This document shows positions 63,876-64,000 of a stretch of DNA of 64,000 bases, piece by piece. Origin of the DNA: Mytilus trossulus (Eukaryota); the NCBI RefSeq assembly GCF_036588685.1, contig NC_086375.1, positions 47,306,001 to 47,370,000 on the forward strand, read 5' to 3'. Position 1 is the first letter of the stretch. The number at the start of each line of letters is the position of its first letter. The position numbers and the translations under genes were made by a program. The notes below the pieces were generated by a model that did no database searches, was not told where the DNA came from, and saw nothing but the letters and a program-made list of their open reading frames with translations.

Positions 63876-64000
63876 GTTACTGTTGATAACAATAAAAAAA
63901 AGTTGCAGATAATTAAGTCTTTCCACTATCAGTATAAAGAAACTTATGATTGGATTCCAATTTTAACATTGAGTAAACCGGAACTAGATTCTTCTCAATA

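Overview
AT-rich eukaryotic genomic DNA with spliceosomal introns. It is most likely a bivalve mollusc, probably Mytilus, judged from a C1qDC gene, hammerhead-ribozyme repeats and the repeat landscape. Six host genes can be rebuilt from GT-AG junctions: (1) the 5' part of a Cys-containing LRR gene (- strand, runs off the window start); (2) a 4-exon secreted C1q-domain gene; (3) an intronless class A GPCR; (4, 5) two convergent, atypical Rho-family GTPase genes with identical exon architecture, one with a near-intact core but no CAAX and one with CAAX but degenerate catalytic and switch motifs; (6) a 4-exon NQO1-like quinone reductase. Mobile DNA is dense. It includes a young 5'-truncated I-group LINE (APE-RT-RNase H) that splits an older antisense CR1-group LINE, a decayed Ty3/Gypsy element, a Kolobok-type TTAA element, a 1.4-kb foldback element, short TIR-TIR scars resembling P-element footprints, minisatellites and a 719-bp tandem duplication. 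The most striking non-coding signal is a family of 364-bp repeats carrying type I hammerhead ribozymes (non-LTR retrozyme-like). There are five ribozyme motifs, two of them intact, including a tandem array nested inside a Penelope-like fragment that is itself inside the Gypsy RT. All coordinates were read by eye and no database searches were run.
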